A stretch of 61,489 nt of DNA, counting the filler, from Pirum gemmata (taxonomy: Eukaryota): NCBI GenBank assembly GCA_002812295.1. It is 19 parts of 19 records of this genome, joined end to end, with 100 filler letters (N's around TTAATTAATTAA, not from the genome) between each part and the next. Parts side by side here need not be neighbours in the genome. Positions count along the whole stretch, not along the records: positions 9,171 to 12,617 come from PDIN01004505.1; positions 12,718 to 15,490 come from PDIN01004506.1; positions 15,591 to 18,390 come from PDIN01004507.1; positions 18,491 to 21,985 come from PDIN01004508.1; positions 22,086 to 24,878 come from PDIN01004509.1; positions 24,979 to 27,806 come from PDIN01004510.1; 13 more parts are not named here. One strand, 5' to 3'. Each line of letters opens with the position of its first letter. Positions within the stretch are counted from its first letter, which is position 1. Under the pieces are notes generated by a model that was not told the DNA's origin, ran no database searches, and worked only from the letters and a program-made list of their open reading frames with translations. Below, piece after piece: positions 11,885 to 25,629 of the stretch. The position numbers were made by a program, and so were the translations under genes.

Positions 11885-12364
11885 ATGCAATTTTTCATTA
11901 TCGCATCCTTAGCTACTTTTGCTCTATGTTCTGGTACCAATGCTGCTAAGGTACAACCTGACATCCAAATCCATTACGATTCCAATATCGCTGCTGCGGT
12001 TATGGATCCACGCTTCACTACTTTACCGATGGAAACTCAAGCACAATTGCTAACTTCGTCTTCTTGCTCAATTACACAAGCCTTAAAATGTGCAGCCAAA
12101 GTTGGACTATGCAGTTTAACTTGTTACGATAATGGTATTACTTCCAAGGATTGTATGGATTGCTTGGGTTCTTCGTACAATGAATGCAAAGGTTGTATAC
12201 CATTACCTTTACAATCAACTAAAGCCATTAGCACAGTAGAGAGAACTGCTTTAAAAGCGAATTTAGCACTAAATTCTGACCTATCTGTAGCGAGTAGTTG
12301 TGGTTGTTCTAACGTTTGCTTAGGCTTTTGCATACAAGGTCACTGTCAAGGTGTTTGCGCTTAA
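11885..12364 (+). CDS. Secreted cysteine-rich precursor with an 8-Cys and a 6-Cys module
   Basis: 159-aa ORF, AAAA-ATG context, hydrophobic N-terminal signal peptide, clustered Cys. Confidence 0.85.
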   Translation: MQFFIIASLATFALCSGTNAAKVQPDIQIHYDSNIAAAVMDPRFTTLPMETQAQLLTSSSCSITQALKCAAKVGLCSLTCYDNGITSKDCMDCLGSSYNECKGCIPLPLQSTKAISTVERTALKANLALNSDLSVASSCGCSNVCLGFCIQGHCQGVCA

Positions 12365-12746
12365 TTAACCTTTTTTGTTAAAATTGAAAAAACATTATTC
12401 TTTATTGTTATATTATGTATAATATAATTAATTGAAATTGGGGTTTTCAGTATTATTTTACATAATATTAATTATAAAACTATGGCAGAAAACCCGTTTC
12501 ACAACGCATTATTTAAAATAAAATAAATACAATAAATAGAGGTGCCGCATTTTTGGAGACTTTTTTTTTTTTATCATACTAATTAAATTCTGAGACTTTT
12601 AATTATTATTATTATTANNNNNNNNNNNNNNNNNNNNNNNNNNNNNNNNNNNNNNNNNNNNTTAATTAATTAANNNNNNNNNNNNNNNNNNNNNNNNNNN
12701 NNNNNNNNNNNNNNNNNGTAGTAGTAGTAGTAGTAGTAGTAGTAAT

Positions 12747-12780
<34 letters not shown>

Positions 12781-12808
12781 GTAGTAGTAGACCTAGTAGT
12801 AGTATTAT

Positions 12809-12857
<49 letters not shown>

Positions 12858-13171
12858 TATATAATATTATATATTACTACAGATATATATAGTATACAAA
12901 GTATTGTTATTATATTTTAATAATAATATTAATTAACGTAGTATTAATAGTATATCTGATATATACAATATATGATAGTAGCTATAGTTATGCACATTAG
13001 TATACATATAATAATGATATAATAGTAACTTCATAATAATTAAATATAATTTGTCTTCTAGTCTTCAAGAACTTATTTATTTAATTCAATGTTAATTAAT
13101 CATAAAATACCTTTTTAATTAAAACATGACTGAAATTTTGGTATATTAAAATTTCAGTTATATTTATAAAT

Positions 13172-13410
13172 AACAGACCACTACAATTTTTTTTTTAAAA
13201 ACTACAAAGCGGGATAAAAGCAATATGACCTCAAAAATCCAATAAATATTAAAATGCTCCAATTTTAACAAAAGTACTACCAAAATGTGAGAAATATTCT
13301 AACTAATAAAACTCTATTATGAACCAATGACTAGTTTTTAAAAATAATTTGGCTAGTTTTAACATTAATTTTTTTAGAAAAGAAACAGTTTTATCCGCGG
13401 CTTGGCTGTT
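13172..13410 (+). mobile_element. Dispersed repeat family (..AAAAGTACTACCAA..AACCAAT..TTTTAAAAATAATTTGG..CAGTTTTATCCG)
   Basis: Related copies at ~48357-48610 and ~50380-50611 on different scaffolds. Confidence 0.6.
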
Positions 13411-13889
13411 AAAAAAAATATGTAGTAAGATTTTTTAAACCTCTCCCAATCACTTCCTAAAGAAAAATGTTACGCTGAGCTGGAAAATATTTTTCCCCAA
13501 TCTGATCAATGAAAAAAATGTAAATAAAACATACCAAATTATTTAAATAAATAAATAAATTGATACAATTTAAGTAATTGGTCATTTTTATTATGATAAA
13601 AATAATTTAAAAATTGCCTAAATATTTTAAAAAATAATATTATATTGATAAATGACTGTGTACATTTATAAATAATTATAATATGACACTATAATTTTGT
13701 CATAATAAAATATACAATAAAGAGTACCAAATTAATACAATATCATACCATTTAATTTAATTTGGTATATTTTATTATCTATATATTGATTTAAAATTAT
13801 CAATTTAAATATTATAACCAACCAAATAAATATTTAGAGTGACAAAATAAATGAAAAGCACGATAATAATATTAGAATAATCAATTTTT

Positions 13890-14144
13890 TTTTTCCGAAT
13901 TCTGCCCGGGCAGAATTTGGCCTTTTTCGAGAAATGACAAAATGGTGTTTTTCCTCTCTAACTCGATCAAAAATTAATATAAACTCGAAATATTCAAACC
14001 AATGTATTTATCAATAAACTCGAAAAATTTAATTTCGAACAGACCAAACAGACCCAGAAATTCTGCTCGGCAGAAATCGAGCTTTTCGGGGCAGAAGGCA
14101 GAAGCAGAAAGTCGAGTTTTAGGGGCAGAATTCGGAGAAGTCTA
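13890..14144. mobile_element. MITE with TCCGAATTCTGCCC / GGGCAGAATTCGGA inverted repeats
   Basis: Terminal inverted repeat visible; second copy ~51310-51486, diverged copy ~17950-18140. Confidence 0.75.
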
Positions 14145-14582
14145 ATAGTTAGACTAATCTAGTTCTAGTCTCCAGATAGACTAATAGATAATAATAAAAA
14201 CTAAAGGCTTTGATTGGTTAAGGTTAGGGTTATTTATAATTAATGGTCTAGCTATAGCCAATCAGAGTTAGAATTATGGCTTTGAAAAAAAGTATAAAAT
14301 CTAATATGGCCTTTTTTTTTTTCTCAAAAGTGTTATTGGTGGTAATTTTGTAAAACCAATGAAAAACACTTATAATAAATAATAAAAACTTTTTAGTGTT
14401 TTTTATAATTTATGATACCTTTTCTATTTTTTAGAATTTCTTCCTCGAATAATAAACTCTATGTTGAATATTTTTTAAAACATAATTTGTGGAAAATTTT
14501 ATTTTTTAAAAAACATCAGTAAGTATAGACTAGTAGTAGTAGTAGTGGTAGTAGTAGTGGTAGTAGTGGTAGTAGTAGTAGC

Positions 14583-14625
<43 letters not shown>

Positions 14626-15784
14626 GTAGTAGTTGTAGCAGTAGTAGGTAGTAGTAGTAGTAGTAGTAGCAGTAGTAGTAGTAGTAGTAACTTAGTAGTA
14701 ATAGTAGTAATAGTAGTAGTAGTTCTTCTAGTTAAAAAAAAAAATTCAGGTTGAGGAACACCACCACCATCACCACCACCATAACCACCAAAAGACCACA
14801 ACTATGACCTTTTAACCAGCACCATAACCACAACGTATTTCAATATTTACAGCCATGTATATATGCGATAACCATAACAGCCATAACATCATACACCAAT
14901 AAAATAATATATAGTAATTGTAATAGTTTGTATTTATATTATTAATAATATAAATTCTTTTGAAATTTATAAAAATTAAAAACACAAACAACCAATTGCA
15001 ACAAACAACCAAAACCAACAGTAATCAATATAACAACAGACAATTGTTACAAACAACAAACAACAAACAACAAACAACAAACAAACAACAAACAATTTCA
15101 ACAACAACAAAACAACAAACAACAAACAACAAAGAAAAACAAAACAATTAATATTACAATATTGTTAATCACGATTCACAAACAACAAACAAACAACAAA
15201 CAATTTCAACAACAACAAAACAACAAACAACAAACAACAAAAACAAAACAATTAATATTACAATATTATTAATCCAATTATCATTGTTTAAAAATTAATA
15301 TTTATTAAAAAAATCGATATTACAAAAAAATAAAAGGAATTTATTTTTTCTTCTAAAGTTTTTTTTTAAAAAAAATTATAAGTTTTTATTTATTGGTTTA
15401 GTTTTTTCGTTAATAACGTATATCGTGCCTTTCATTCCGAATATTTATTTGGAGGATTATAATATTTAAATTGATACTTTTAAATAAATANNNNNNNNNN
15501 NNNNNNNNNNNNNNNNNNNNNNNNNNNNNNNNNNTTAATTAATTAANNNNNNNNNNNNNNNNNNNNNNNNNNNNNNNNNNNNNNNNNNNNTAGTAGTAGT
15601 AGTAGTAGTAGTAGTAGCAGCAGTAGTAGTAGTAAAGGTAGTAGTAGTAGTGGTAGTAGTAGTAGTAGTAGTAGTAGTAGCAGTGGTAGCAGTAGTATTA
15701 GTAGTAGTAGTATTAATAGTGGTAGTATTATAGTATTAGTAGTAATATGACATAGTAGCAATGTGGTAGTAATAGTAATATTAT

Positions 15785-16165
15785 TATATTTTTATGGCAC
15801 CTTTGGGTCTTGGGCCCTTGTCCCAATACTATTGTCTCATTCGAATAAAAGTCCCATACATCACGTGATGTCCCGTTTCACTTCTTTTATGGGACTTTTG
15901 ATTTTATGTTTATTTAATTTTTAATGGATTTTTATTTCATTAAAAATTAAATTATTACAGTAATTACATTTTATTAATATGCTGTTAATTATTTGTACCA
16001 TTTTTATCTTTAACATTATGTACTTTTCATAACTTATATATTACATAAATATTAGATTAGACTTTAAATAATAATTTAATGCCTTAAAATTTATGTAAAA
16101 CATTCCAATAACTTATACAGATGATGAATAAATTATTACAGACCCAAAGGTGCCATAAAAATATA
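15785..16165. mobile_element. 381-bp MITE with perfect 26-bp TIRs
   Basis: TATATTTTTATGGCACCTTTGGGTCT (15785-15810) and its exact reverse complement (16140-16165). Confidence 0.8.
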
Positions 16166-16562
16166 TTATAATTTCCCTTGTACTTTCCTTGTACTTATCA
16201 TAATTTTACTGAAATATTAATTTATTATTGAATTAATATTTCTTTAATTAATTAACATTGAATTAAACCACGGGGTTGTTTATTAAATCTTTAAATCAAT
16301 ATTCATTTATTAACACAGAATAAATAATATACAATATTATAATAATAATAAAATCCTTGAATTTACCATGCCTATTTATTTTCAAGAATTATAATAATAT
16401 CCTTGAATTTATAATAATATATAATAATATCCTTGAATTTACTATGCCTATTTATTTTGAAGAAATATAATAATATATAATGTTTATACCTTGAATTTAC
16501 TATACCTATTACACACACCTACGCGTACGTTTTAATAACGTTGGATATAATACAGTTAGAGT

Positions 16563-16720
16563 TATAGTGCTTTTCATTTATTTTGTCACTCCGAATATTT
16601 ATTTGGTTGTTTATAATATTTAAATTGATAATTTTAAATAAATAAATATATAATAAAATATACTAAATTAAATGAAATGGATTTATATTATATTAATTAA
16701 GAACAACTGAAAAGCGCTAT
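16563..16720. mobile_element. AT-rich MITE, TIR TATMGTGCTTTTCA (most abundant repeat in the window)
   Basis: Copies or fragments near 13700, 15421, 20265, 20560, 20770, 26058, 28477, 30385, 32809, 34690, 35060, 50890, 54726, 54920 and 55570. Confidence 0.8.
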
Positions 16721-16864
16721 TATTATAGATATTATTAGGGACTGTTATTAGGACCAGGGTTAGAATTCTAGGGTTATTCACCACTTTTCTACATTTAGTA
16801 ACAAATCTACCCGTTGTTTTATTTAGGTGTTTATCATATTTTCTTTAAAAATCGTGTATCATAA

Positions 16865-17007
16865 GGGGGGCATTCAAATACTACGTAACGTCAACTTCCG
16901 GTCAAATACAGCTTCAAATACCCCTACCTACCTACCCCTCGACGTTAATTTCTGGTCAAATACCACCTACCTACCTACCCCTTGACGTGACTTATTATTT
17001 GAACCCA
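16865..17007 (+). mobile_element. Harbinger-like ~145-bp MITE, subfamily A
   Basis: Same internal CCTACCTACCCC repeats and TIR as 31687-31831. Confidence 0.8.
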
Positions 17008-17596
17008 TCAATATATATTATACTGCTTGTTGCATGTGCCAACTATATACTAATTTTCACTAATTTTCGCCTTTATTTGGCTCAAACCCCACAATAATTA
17101 TCGAACCCTCAAAATCCTCAAAATTTGTGTGCATAATATAAATAATTATTATTATTTACTTTTAGAAAGTAAATATTGAATTTATAAAAGTATAAAATAA
17201 TTAAAAATGAAATAATTTTATTGTTTTGTTTTGTATAATTTACTTTTAGAAAGTAAATATTGAATTTATAAAAGTGTAAAATAATTAAAAATGAAATAAT
17301 TTTATTGTTTTGTTTTGTATAATTAACTGATATATTATTTTCTTTTAGAAAGTAAAAAGATTAATTTTACATAATTTACTTATTTTTTATATAAACTCAT
17401 CTACAATTTAGGTGAGTCTTAATAATAAACAATATCATAATTATAAATTATATAAACTCATCTACAATTTAGGTGAGTCTTAATAATAAATAATATCATA
17501 AATAAAATTATATAATTTTTAACTTACAATTTACATGAGTCTTAATTAATAATAAATTATTAATAGAAAAATAATTAATAGTAAAAATAATTATAT

Positions 17597-17646
<50 letters not shown>

Positions 17647-19017
17647 CTAGTACTAGTACTAGTACTAGTAAATAGTACTGTACGTAGTGGTAGTAATAGT
17701 GGTAGTAGTGGTCAGTAACAGCAGTAATAGTGGCAGTACACCGTAGTAGTGGTCAGTAGTTACAGTAGTACAGCAACCGCAAAACCGCAAAAACAATAAA
17801 GATTATTCTAGCTGGATAATCTGGATAAAGCCTGGATTACGTCATGTATTGAAGAACTAAGTTTTATTGGTTAAACTTTTTTACTATGTTTGCGCATCTT
17901 TTTTCTGATCGAACTTTTCATAGGCTCACACCGCACAACACTCTAAGCCTCTCCCAATTCTGCTCTAGCCCGAAAATCAAATTTCTGCTGTCGAAAAAAA
18001 AAGCTAAAATTCAGCCCTGTTCGAGAATTATCTGGGTTTATAAATATATTTAAATATACCTGAATACTTAAAATTTTCGAACTTATTTAATTAATGCATA
18101 GGCTCGAAAACTCGATTTTTTAAAAAAAGCAGAATTGGATCTCGCACTACAGTATAATATACTATCATACTAGTCTACCTTTCTTGAAGTTCTTGTCTAC
18201 AAAGGACGTCAGTCACGTCACCTAATCTTACCTATGCCCTCTTTGTCCAAAACACTTTTGGGCATAATTTTTTAAAAGTTCACTTTAATAATTAATTACT
18301 GCCTAAAACAGTTTAAGTCACACTTTCGAGCAATGACTTTTATCAAAGAATAAGTGACATCCTTTATATGAATGTTCCCTAATAATTATANNNNNNNNNN
18401 NNNNNNNNNNNNNNNNNNNNNNNNNNNNNNNNNNTTAATTAATTAANNNNNNNNNNNNNNNNNNNNNNNNNNNNNNNNNNNNNNNNNNNNCGGAACTAAA
18501 GTTGGCTCGATAAGCATATGTTCGAAAAAAGTTCCAGTAGATATCTCACCCCTACTATTTAGACCTCAAATACTGTCATTGTTATTGAATTTTATTTATT
18601 ACAATAATATTTATAATATGATATGATAAATAAATAGTCTATATATTATAAAGCTTTTAAAAGAATACTAATAATATTTTCATGTTTATACTTTAACTAC
18701 AAACCAATCAATGCGTTATTTGTGGCAAAAGTGTAGGATCCGTTCATCATCCAAACGTTAACGATTCATCAAATTATTCGCTCTTTGTTGCTAAGCCATG
18801 TTATGTTATTCACCCTGATCATGATTTCATGCTATTAATATTTATTAAATTAAATAAATAAATGTCTGTTGAAATTAAGTATTATTATGATTATATATTA
18901 ATATGTAGACACTTTTTGCAACAAAAGTGACAAATTGTGCGAATATTGGCACTTTGCAGGTCGTTTCAGACATCATCAGATTCAGATAGAGGGTAGTTTA
19001 TATAGCATACAGTTTAA

Positions 19018-19106
19018 TTAGGGTTAGGGTTAACGTTAGGGTTAGGGTTAGGGTTAGGGTTAGGGTTAGGGTTAGGGTTAGGGTTAGGGTTAGGGTTAGG
19101 GTTAGG
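19018..19106 (+). repeat. (TTAGGG)n array running into a gap
   Basis: Read directly; further array at ~19940-20030. Confidence 0.9.
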
Positions 19107-19636
19107 NNNNNNNNNNNNNNNNNNNNNNNNNNNNNNNNNNNNNNNNNNNNNNNNNNNNNNNNNNNNNNNNNNNNNNNNNNNNNNNNNNNNNNNNNNNNNN
19201 NNNNNNNNNNNNNNNNNNNNNNNNNNNNNNNNNNNNNNNNNNNNNNNNNNNNNNNNNNNNNNNNNNNNNNNNNNNNNNNNNNNNNNNNNNNNNNNNNNNN
19301 NNNNNNNNAAGCATCTGTTCGAAAAAAGTTCCAGTAGATATCTCACCCCTACTCTTATTTTCCTGATCGTAAAAATTATTATCATATAGGAAGGGTGACA
19401 AGTTACAGCCCTCCGTCATTTACTTAGGGGGCGTTCAATAAGGACGTCCTCGATTTTAGACCTATATACCCCCTGGGTCACTTTTCGTCATTTTGAGATT
19501 TTCCTATGTAGACGTCATTTTTGAAAAATAGTACCCTAAATATTATGTAAAGCCTCCAAAAAAAGTGTAAACTACCCCTAAAAATAGTTGAAAAATAGTA
19601 CCCTAAATAACTAATAAAAAAAATTTTATCTCAAAG

Positions 19637-19705
<69 letters not shown>

Positions 19706-20120
19706 CATGCCCTAAATGTATTTACCATGCCCTAAATTTAATAAAAAGAGTTTAAGGCATGTATAAGGAATACCTTTTAAAAATGACGTCCTCTTCTGAA
19801 AATACTACCCACCTTAGTAGTACTATATCATAATTAAAATCAGTCATAAATTGCCTCATAATTTGTCACAAAATTCCAATACACCCGTCACCCCTGCTGA
19901 CTTTATCATAGGGTAGCTAGCTAGCTCTAGCTAGCTAGGGGGTTAGGGATCTAGGGTTAGGGATAGGGTTAGGGCAAGGGTTAGGGTTAGGGTTAGGGTT
20001 AGGGTTAGGGTCTAGGGGTTGGGGTTAGGCAGTAGCTACAGTAGCTAGCTAGCTTTTTTTATTAAACAAATCTTTTTTCTTTTTTCTTTTCTTTTCTCGG
20101 TTTTTTTGACTCGTCGGATT

Positions 20121-20166
<46 letters not shown>

Positions 20167-21817
20167 GAGCCAAGCTGAACCAAGCCCAATTAAAAAAAAA
20201 GTTGAAACGGGCTCCCGAGATTGTTCGAGCTGAGTCGGGAATGATTTATATATCGTTTGTTTTGTCATCATATAATATACAATAAATAGTACCAAGTTAA
20301 TACTATATAAGTCCATTTTATTTAATTTGGTATATTTTATAATCTAATCATTAATTTAAAAATATCAAATTAAATATTATAACTAACCAAATAAATATTC
20401 TGAGTGATAAAATAAATGAAAAGCACAATATCATTTCATAGTAAAAAAAAAAAAAAAAAAAAAACGATTTTTTTACTAGCTAGCTAGCTAGTAGCAGAGC
20501 TGAGCCGGGAATCGAGCTGTACCGTTTCATTTTAATCAAACTGAGCCGAGAATCGAGCTGGGATTTATTTGGTTGGTTATAATTTTTTAATTGCCATTAT
20601 TAAATGAATAAATAAATAATAAAATATACCAAATTAAATGAAACGGATTTATATTGTATTAATTTGGTACTTTTTATTGATGACAAAACAGTACTCGAAA
20701 CACTACTCGAAACAGTACTACTATTAAGCTAGCTAGCTAGCTATCGGTATGATAGTGTTGGTGGCTACTGTGCTTTTCATTTATTTTGCCACTCTGAAAT
20801 ATTTATTTGGAGGGTTATAATCTTTAAATGGGCATTTTAAAAATCAATAAATAGATAATAAAATATACCAAATTAATTAAATGGATTTATATTGTATTAA
20901 TTTGGTACTTTTTATTGGATATTTTATGATGACTAGCTAGCTAGAGCTCGAGCTACTAGGCTCGAGCTCTTGCTAGCGAGCTATCATATTGATCTAGTCT
21001 AGCTAGACTACTAGACTAGCTAGAGTCTGAGTAGCTACAATAGAGTGTGAGTTGTCCTCCTCTCAATATTTAATTTGGTAGGTCTACTGTTTTTAAAAGT
21101 GTATAATTGAGCTTGTTTTTATATAATAAAAAATACCAAATTAATTAAAACATGTCCGATAGTTAATAATTTGGTATGTTTATTTTAGTTTTGAACTGGA
21201 AAAACCGGTAGACTAAGCTATTTATAGAGCTGCTAGTCTATTTATTATTATTTATTATAGCTAGCTAGTTAATTTATCCATAAGAATCTGTCAATTCTAG
21301 CCGTCAGATTCATAAACTTTGGGCTAGCTAGCTAGTACTAAGCTTTTATGATATGATATGACATAAACATAATGCATAGGAGAACATCACTAAGTCTTAT
21401 TCTTTCATAAAAGTCATCGCTCGAAAGTGTGACTTAAACTGTTTTAGGCAATAAATAATTATTAAAATGAGCTTTAAAATTATGACCAAAAGTGTTTTGG
21501 GCAAAGAGCATAGATAGGCTTAGGTAAGATTAGGTGGTGGTGGAGGACTCGAGTACTGAAGATCAGCCCATACAGCTACAGGCTACAGCCCATACAGGTA
21601 GATAGTCTACTGATCATACTGTAGAATCTGTAGATTACTATCGTGCTATCAATGCCTATCATAGCTTAGTACTAGCTAGACTAGTCTACAGTACCAAGCA
21701 GTACAGAAGCAGACTCAAGCAGTAGTCTAGCTAGCTTTATAATAGTAGTAGCTAGGTTACCCTAGCTAGCTAGTAGGTACCAGCAGTGTACCAGCCCCAA
21801 ATTTCAGAGTTTAGTTA

Positions 21818-21952
21818 GGGTGCGTTCAAATACTACTTAACGCCGATTTCCGGTCAAATACAGCTTCAAATACCCCTACCTACCTACCCCTTGACGTTAA
21901 TTTCCGGTCAAATACCGCCTACCTACCTACCCCTTGACGTGGCATATTATTT
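21818..21952 (+). mobile_element. Harbinger-like MITE, subfamily A
   Basis: TTA|GGGTGCGTTCAAATACTAC.. with the family internal sequence. Confidence 0.8.
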
Positions 21953-22176
21953 GCTACTAGAGGGGAACATCTTCTTTTTAAAAAANNNNNNNNNNNNNNN
22001 NNNNNNNNNNNNNNNNNNNNNNNNNNNNNTTAATTAATTAANNNNNNNNNNNNNNNNNNNNNNNNNNNNNNNNNNNNNNNNNNNNAATTATTATTATAAT
22101 AATTATTATTATAATAATTATTATAATAAATAGCCTTACTTACATCTATTTATTTTAAAATTGAAATTAAAAATAG

Positions 22177-23497
22177 GATATGAGTTACGTTAAACAAGCC
22201 GTTGATGGTAACGAGTTTTTAATCAATTTGATTGATAGTCCAGGTCACGTTGATTTTTCATCTGAAGTAACAGCTGCACTTCGTGTAACTGATGGTGCTT
22301 TGGTTGTAGTAGATTGCGTTTCTGGTGTATGTGTACAAACTGAAACTGTATTACGTCAAGCAATTACTGAACGTATTAAACCAGTTTTGATGATGAACAA
22401 AATGGACCGTGCTTTGTTGGAGTTACAATTGGATGCTGAAGATATGTACCAAAATTTCCAACGTACTATCGAGTCTGTTAATGTTATTATCGGTACTTAT
22501 GGTGACCCTGATGGACCTATGGGAGATGTATCTGTTGACCCATGTAACGCAACTGTATGTTTCGGTTCTGGTCTTCATGCTTGGGGTTTTACTTTGAAAC
22601 AGTTTGCTGAATTGTACGCTTCCAAATTTAAAACTGAACCTGAGAAATTGATGGCGAAATTTTGGGGAGATCACTTTTTTAACGCTAAAGCTGAAAAGAA
22701 ATGGGTTAAAAAAAATGCTGCTGGTTACAAACGTGGTTTCGGACAGTTTGTTTTGGATCCTATCAATAAAATGGTAGATGCTGTTTTGAAAAACAAGACT
22801 GAAGTAATTGACAAACTAATTAAGAGTTTGAAAGTTGATTTGACTACCGATGAAAGAAAATTGGAAGGCAAAAGTTTATTGAAGACTGTTATGCGTAAAT
22901 GGTTACCAGCTGGTGATGCTTTATTGCAGATGATTACTATTCATTTACCTTCTCCATACACTTCTCAAGCTTACAGAACAGAGCTTTTGTATAAAGGTCC
23001 TGCTGATGATGAAGTTGCCTTGTCTATGAAGAATTGTGACTCCAAAGGTCCTCTTATGATGTATATTAGTAAAATGGTACCGGCAGTTGACCGTGGACGT
23101 TTCTACGCTTTCGGTCGTGTATTTTCTGGTACAATTACTTCCGGTATGAAAGTAAGAATCATGGGTCCTAACTACGAACCAGGATCTAAAACTGATTTGT
23201 CTGTTAAACCAATCCAACGTACTATTTTGATGATGGGTAAATATATTGAAGCTATTTCTTCCGTACCGGCTGGTAATATTTGTGGTTTAGTTGGTATTGA
23301 TCAATATTTGGTTAAAACTGGATCCATTTCCGATTGTGAAACTGCTCACTCTATGGTTCAAATGAAATATTCCGTATCTCCAGTTGTGAGAGTTGCTGTT
23401 GAATGTAAAAATGGTTCCGATTTACCAAAATTGGTTGAAGGTCTTAAACGTTTAGCTAAATCTGATCCTTTGGTACAAATTTCCATGGAAGAATCAG
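22177..23497 (+). CDS. EEF2: Eukaryotic elongation factor 2, internal exon (G domain to domain III)
   Basis: ag|[40 protein letters not shown]|gtatgt; upstream exons lie outside the scaffold. Confidence 0.97.
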
Positions 23498-23537
23498 GTA
23501 TGTTTATATTATTATCATTATTATTATATTATTATTA

Positions 23538-23592
<55 letters not shown>

Positions 23593-23751
23593 ACGTGTAT
23601 TATTTTTTGGTTTATTCTATTTTATTTTATATTTATTTATAAAAGTTTCTTTTATTGTTATATATACATATTTCAATATTTGAATGGTATTAATCAGAAT
23701 TTTTTATTTTTTATTGATTTTTTAATTGAATGGTTTTTTTTTGTATAATAG

Positions 23752-24678
23752 GTGAATATATTATTGCTGGTGCTGGTGAACTTCACTTGGAAGTCTGTCT
23801 GAAAGATTTAGAAGAGGATCACGCCAATATTCCATTACGTAAATCCGATCCTGTTGTATCTTATCGTGAAACTGTTTCCGAATTATCATATAAAGATTGT
23901 TTGTCCAAATCACCAAACAAACACAATCGTTTGTTTATGAGGGCTGAACCTTTACCTGAAGGTCTTGCAGAAAAAATGGATGAGAAAATAGATATTAAAC
24001 ATACTATGGAGTCTAAGGTTATGGGTAAATACTTGGTTGAGAACTTCGGTTTTGAAGTCAATGAAGCTAGAAAAGTATGGGCGTTTGGTCCTTACACTGA
24101 TGGTCCTAATATGGTTATAGATACTACCAAAGCTGTACAGTACTTGTCTGAAATCAAAGACCACGTTGTTTCTGGTTTTACTTGGGCTTCTCAAAATGGG
24201 GTATTGTGTGACGAAAATATGCGTGGTATCAGATTTAATCTATTAGATGTTGTGCTTCACGCTGATACCATCCATCGTGGTGCAAATCAATTGATGCCTA
24301 CTTCTCGCCGTGTTATGTATGCTTGTCAGTTAACTGCACAACCACGTTTGATGGAACCTATGTTTTTGGTTGAAATTGAATGTCCAGAGTCCGCCATGGG
24401 CGGTGTGTACTCTTGTATGAACAAGAGAAGAGGGATCGTTTTGGATTCCGTACCTAAAGATGGTACTCCTATGCACCAAGTACGTGCTCACTTACCGGTT
24501 TCAGAATCCTTTGGTTTTACCGCCGATTTGCGTGCACAAACTCAAGGTCAAGCATTTCCACAGTGTATCTTTGATCACTGGTCTAGGTTGGAAGATGACC
24601 CTCTTGAAGAAGGTAGTAAATCTGAAAAATTGGTTAAAGAGATTAGAAAACGTAAAGGTCTTAAAGAAAATGTTCCAG
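23752..24678 (+). CDS. EEF2: Eukaryotic elongation factor 2, next exon (domains III-V)
   Basis: tag|[61 protein letters not shown]|gtatga; phase-compatible with the preceding exon. Confidence 0.97.
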
Positions 24679-24801
24679 GTATGATTTTTATTTTTATATT
24701 GATATTGTTATTGTTGTTAATGTTGTTAGTTGGTTTTGTTGTCTTCATTATTAATACTTTTATTATAATTTTGTTTGTTTTTGATAGTGTTTTTATTATT
24801 A

Positions 24802-24833
<32 letters not shown>

Positions 24834-24978
24834 CTTATTCTTATTCTTCTTCTTTTTCTTTTATTATTATTATTATTANNNNNNNNNNNNNNNNNNNNNN
24901 NNNNNNNNNNNNNNNNNNNNNNTTAATTAATTAANNNNNNNNNNNNNNNNNNNNNNNNNNNNNNNNNNNNNNNNNNNN

Positions 24979-25629
24979 TCGTTGTCCCAATAACAACCAG
25001 TCGGGGTTTTTCCAATAATTTCCCCACCTGTGAATCAAAAAAAAAAATAGCTAGACTAAGTAGACTAGTAGCTAGCTACTGTAGCTATCGACAGAGACCC
25101 TCACAATACAAGCTAATAGCTAGCTAGCTAGCTTAGTTAGTCTACCTATATAATGATTATCGGATAGCTACTAGCTAGCACTCTACTACTAGCTAGCTAG
25201 CTAGCGCTAGCTAGAAGATCTTAGCTAGACCACGATTTAATTAAAAAAATGTGTCTGAAACTAGACCCCAAGTTTTTTAGACGGTTTGAGATTTTTGGGC
25301 TAGACGCTTTTTTTCGAGCTTATGATAGTCTACTAGTAGTTATAAAAAAATAATTCTTTAGGGATTTTCGTAAACGTTTTTTTAGTTAACGTTTCGGCTG
25401 CTCGTCAAAATTAAAAGAGTATCTAGTTTACCTTTTTTACTAGCTCTAGCTAGCTAGTAGCTAGGTAGAGCAAAAAAAAATCACATGGCCCACTGACTCC
25501 CAACAATTATATCACCTACGTTTCTTGATAGGCTAAAACCTTTCAAACTTTGATTGAATAAATGATATTCCTTTATTAAGCTTATTAGATAACATATTTG
25601 TACTTTATTAATCTTGGGCCCAAACTGAC
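24979..25629 (-). CDS. Two possible exons of an unidentified gene (25629-25516 and 25027-24979)
   Basis: ttttag|GQFGPKINK..SRNV-G|gtgata and tcacag|GGEIIGKTPTGCYWDN; open and phase-compatible, no recognisable homology. Confidence 0.3.

Noticed and set aside
22180..24926. eEF2 split into two genes or frameshifted
   Set aside because: A GT-AG intron at 23498-23751 joins the two ORFs in frame
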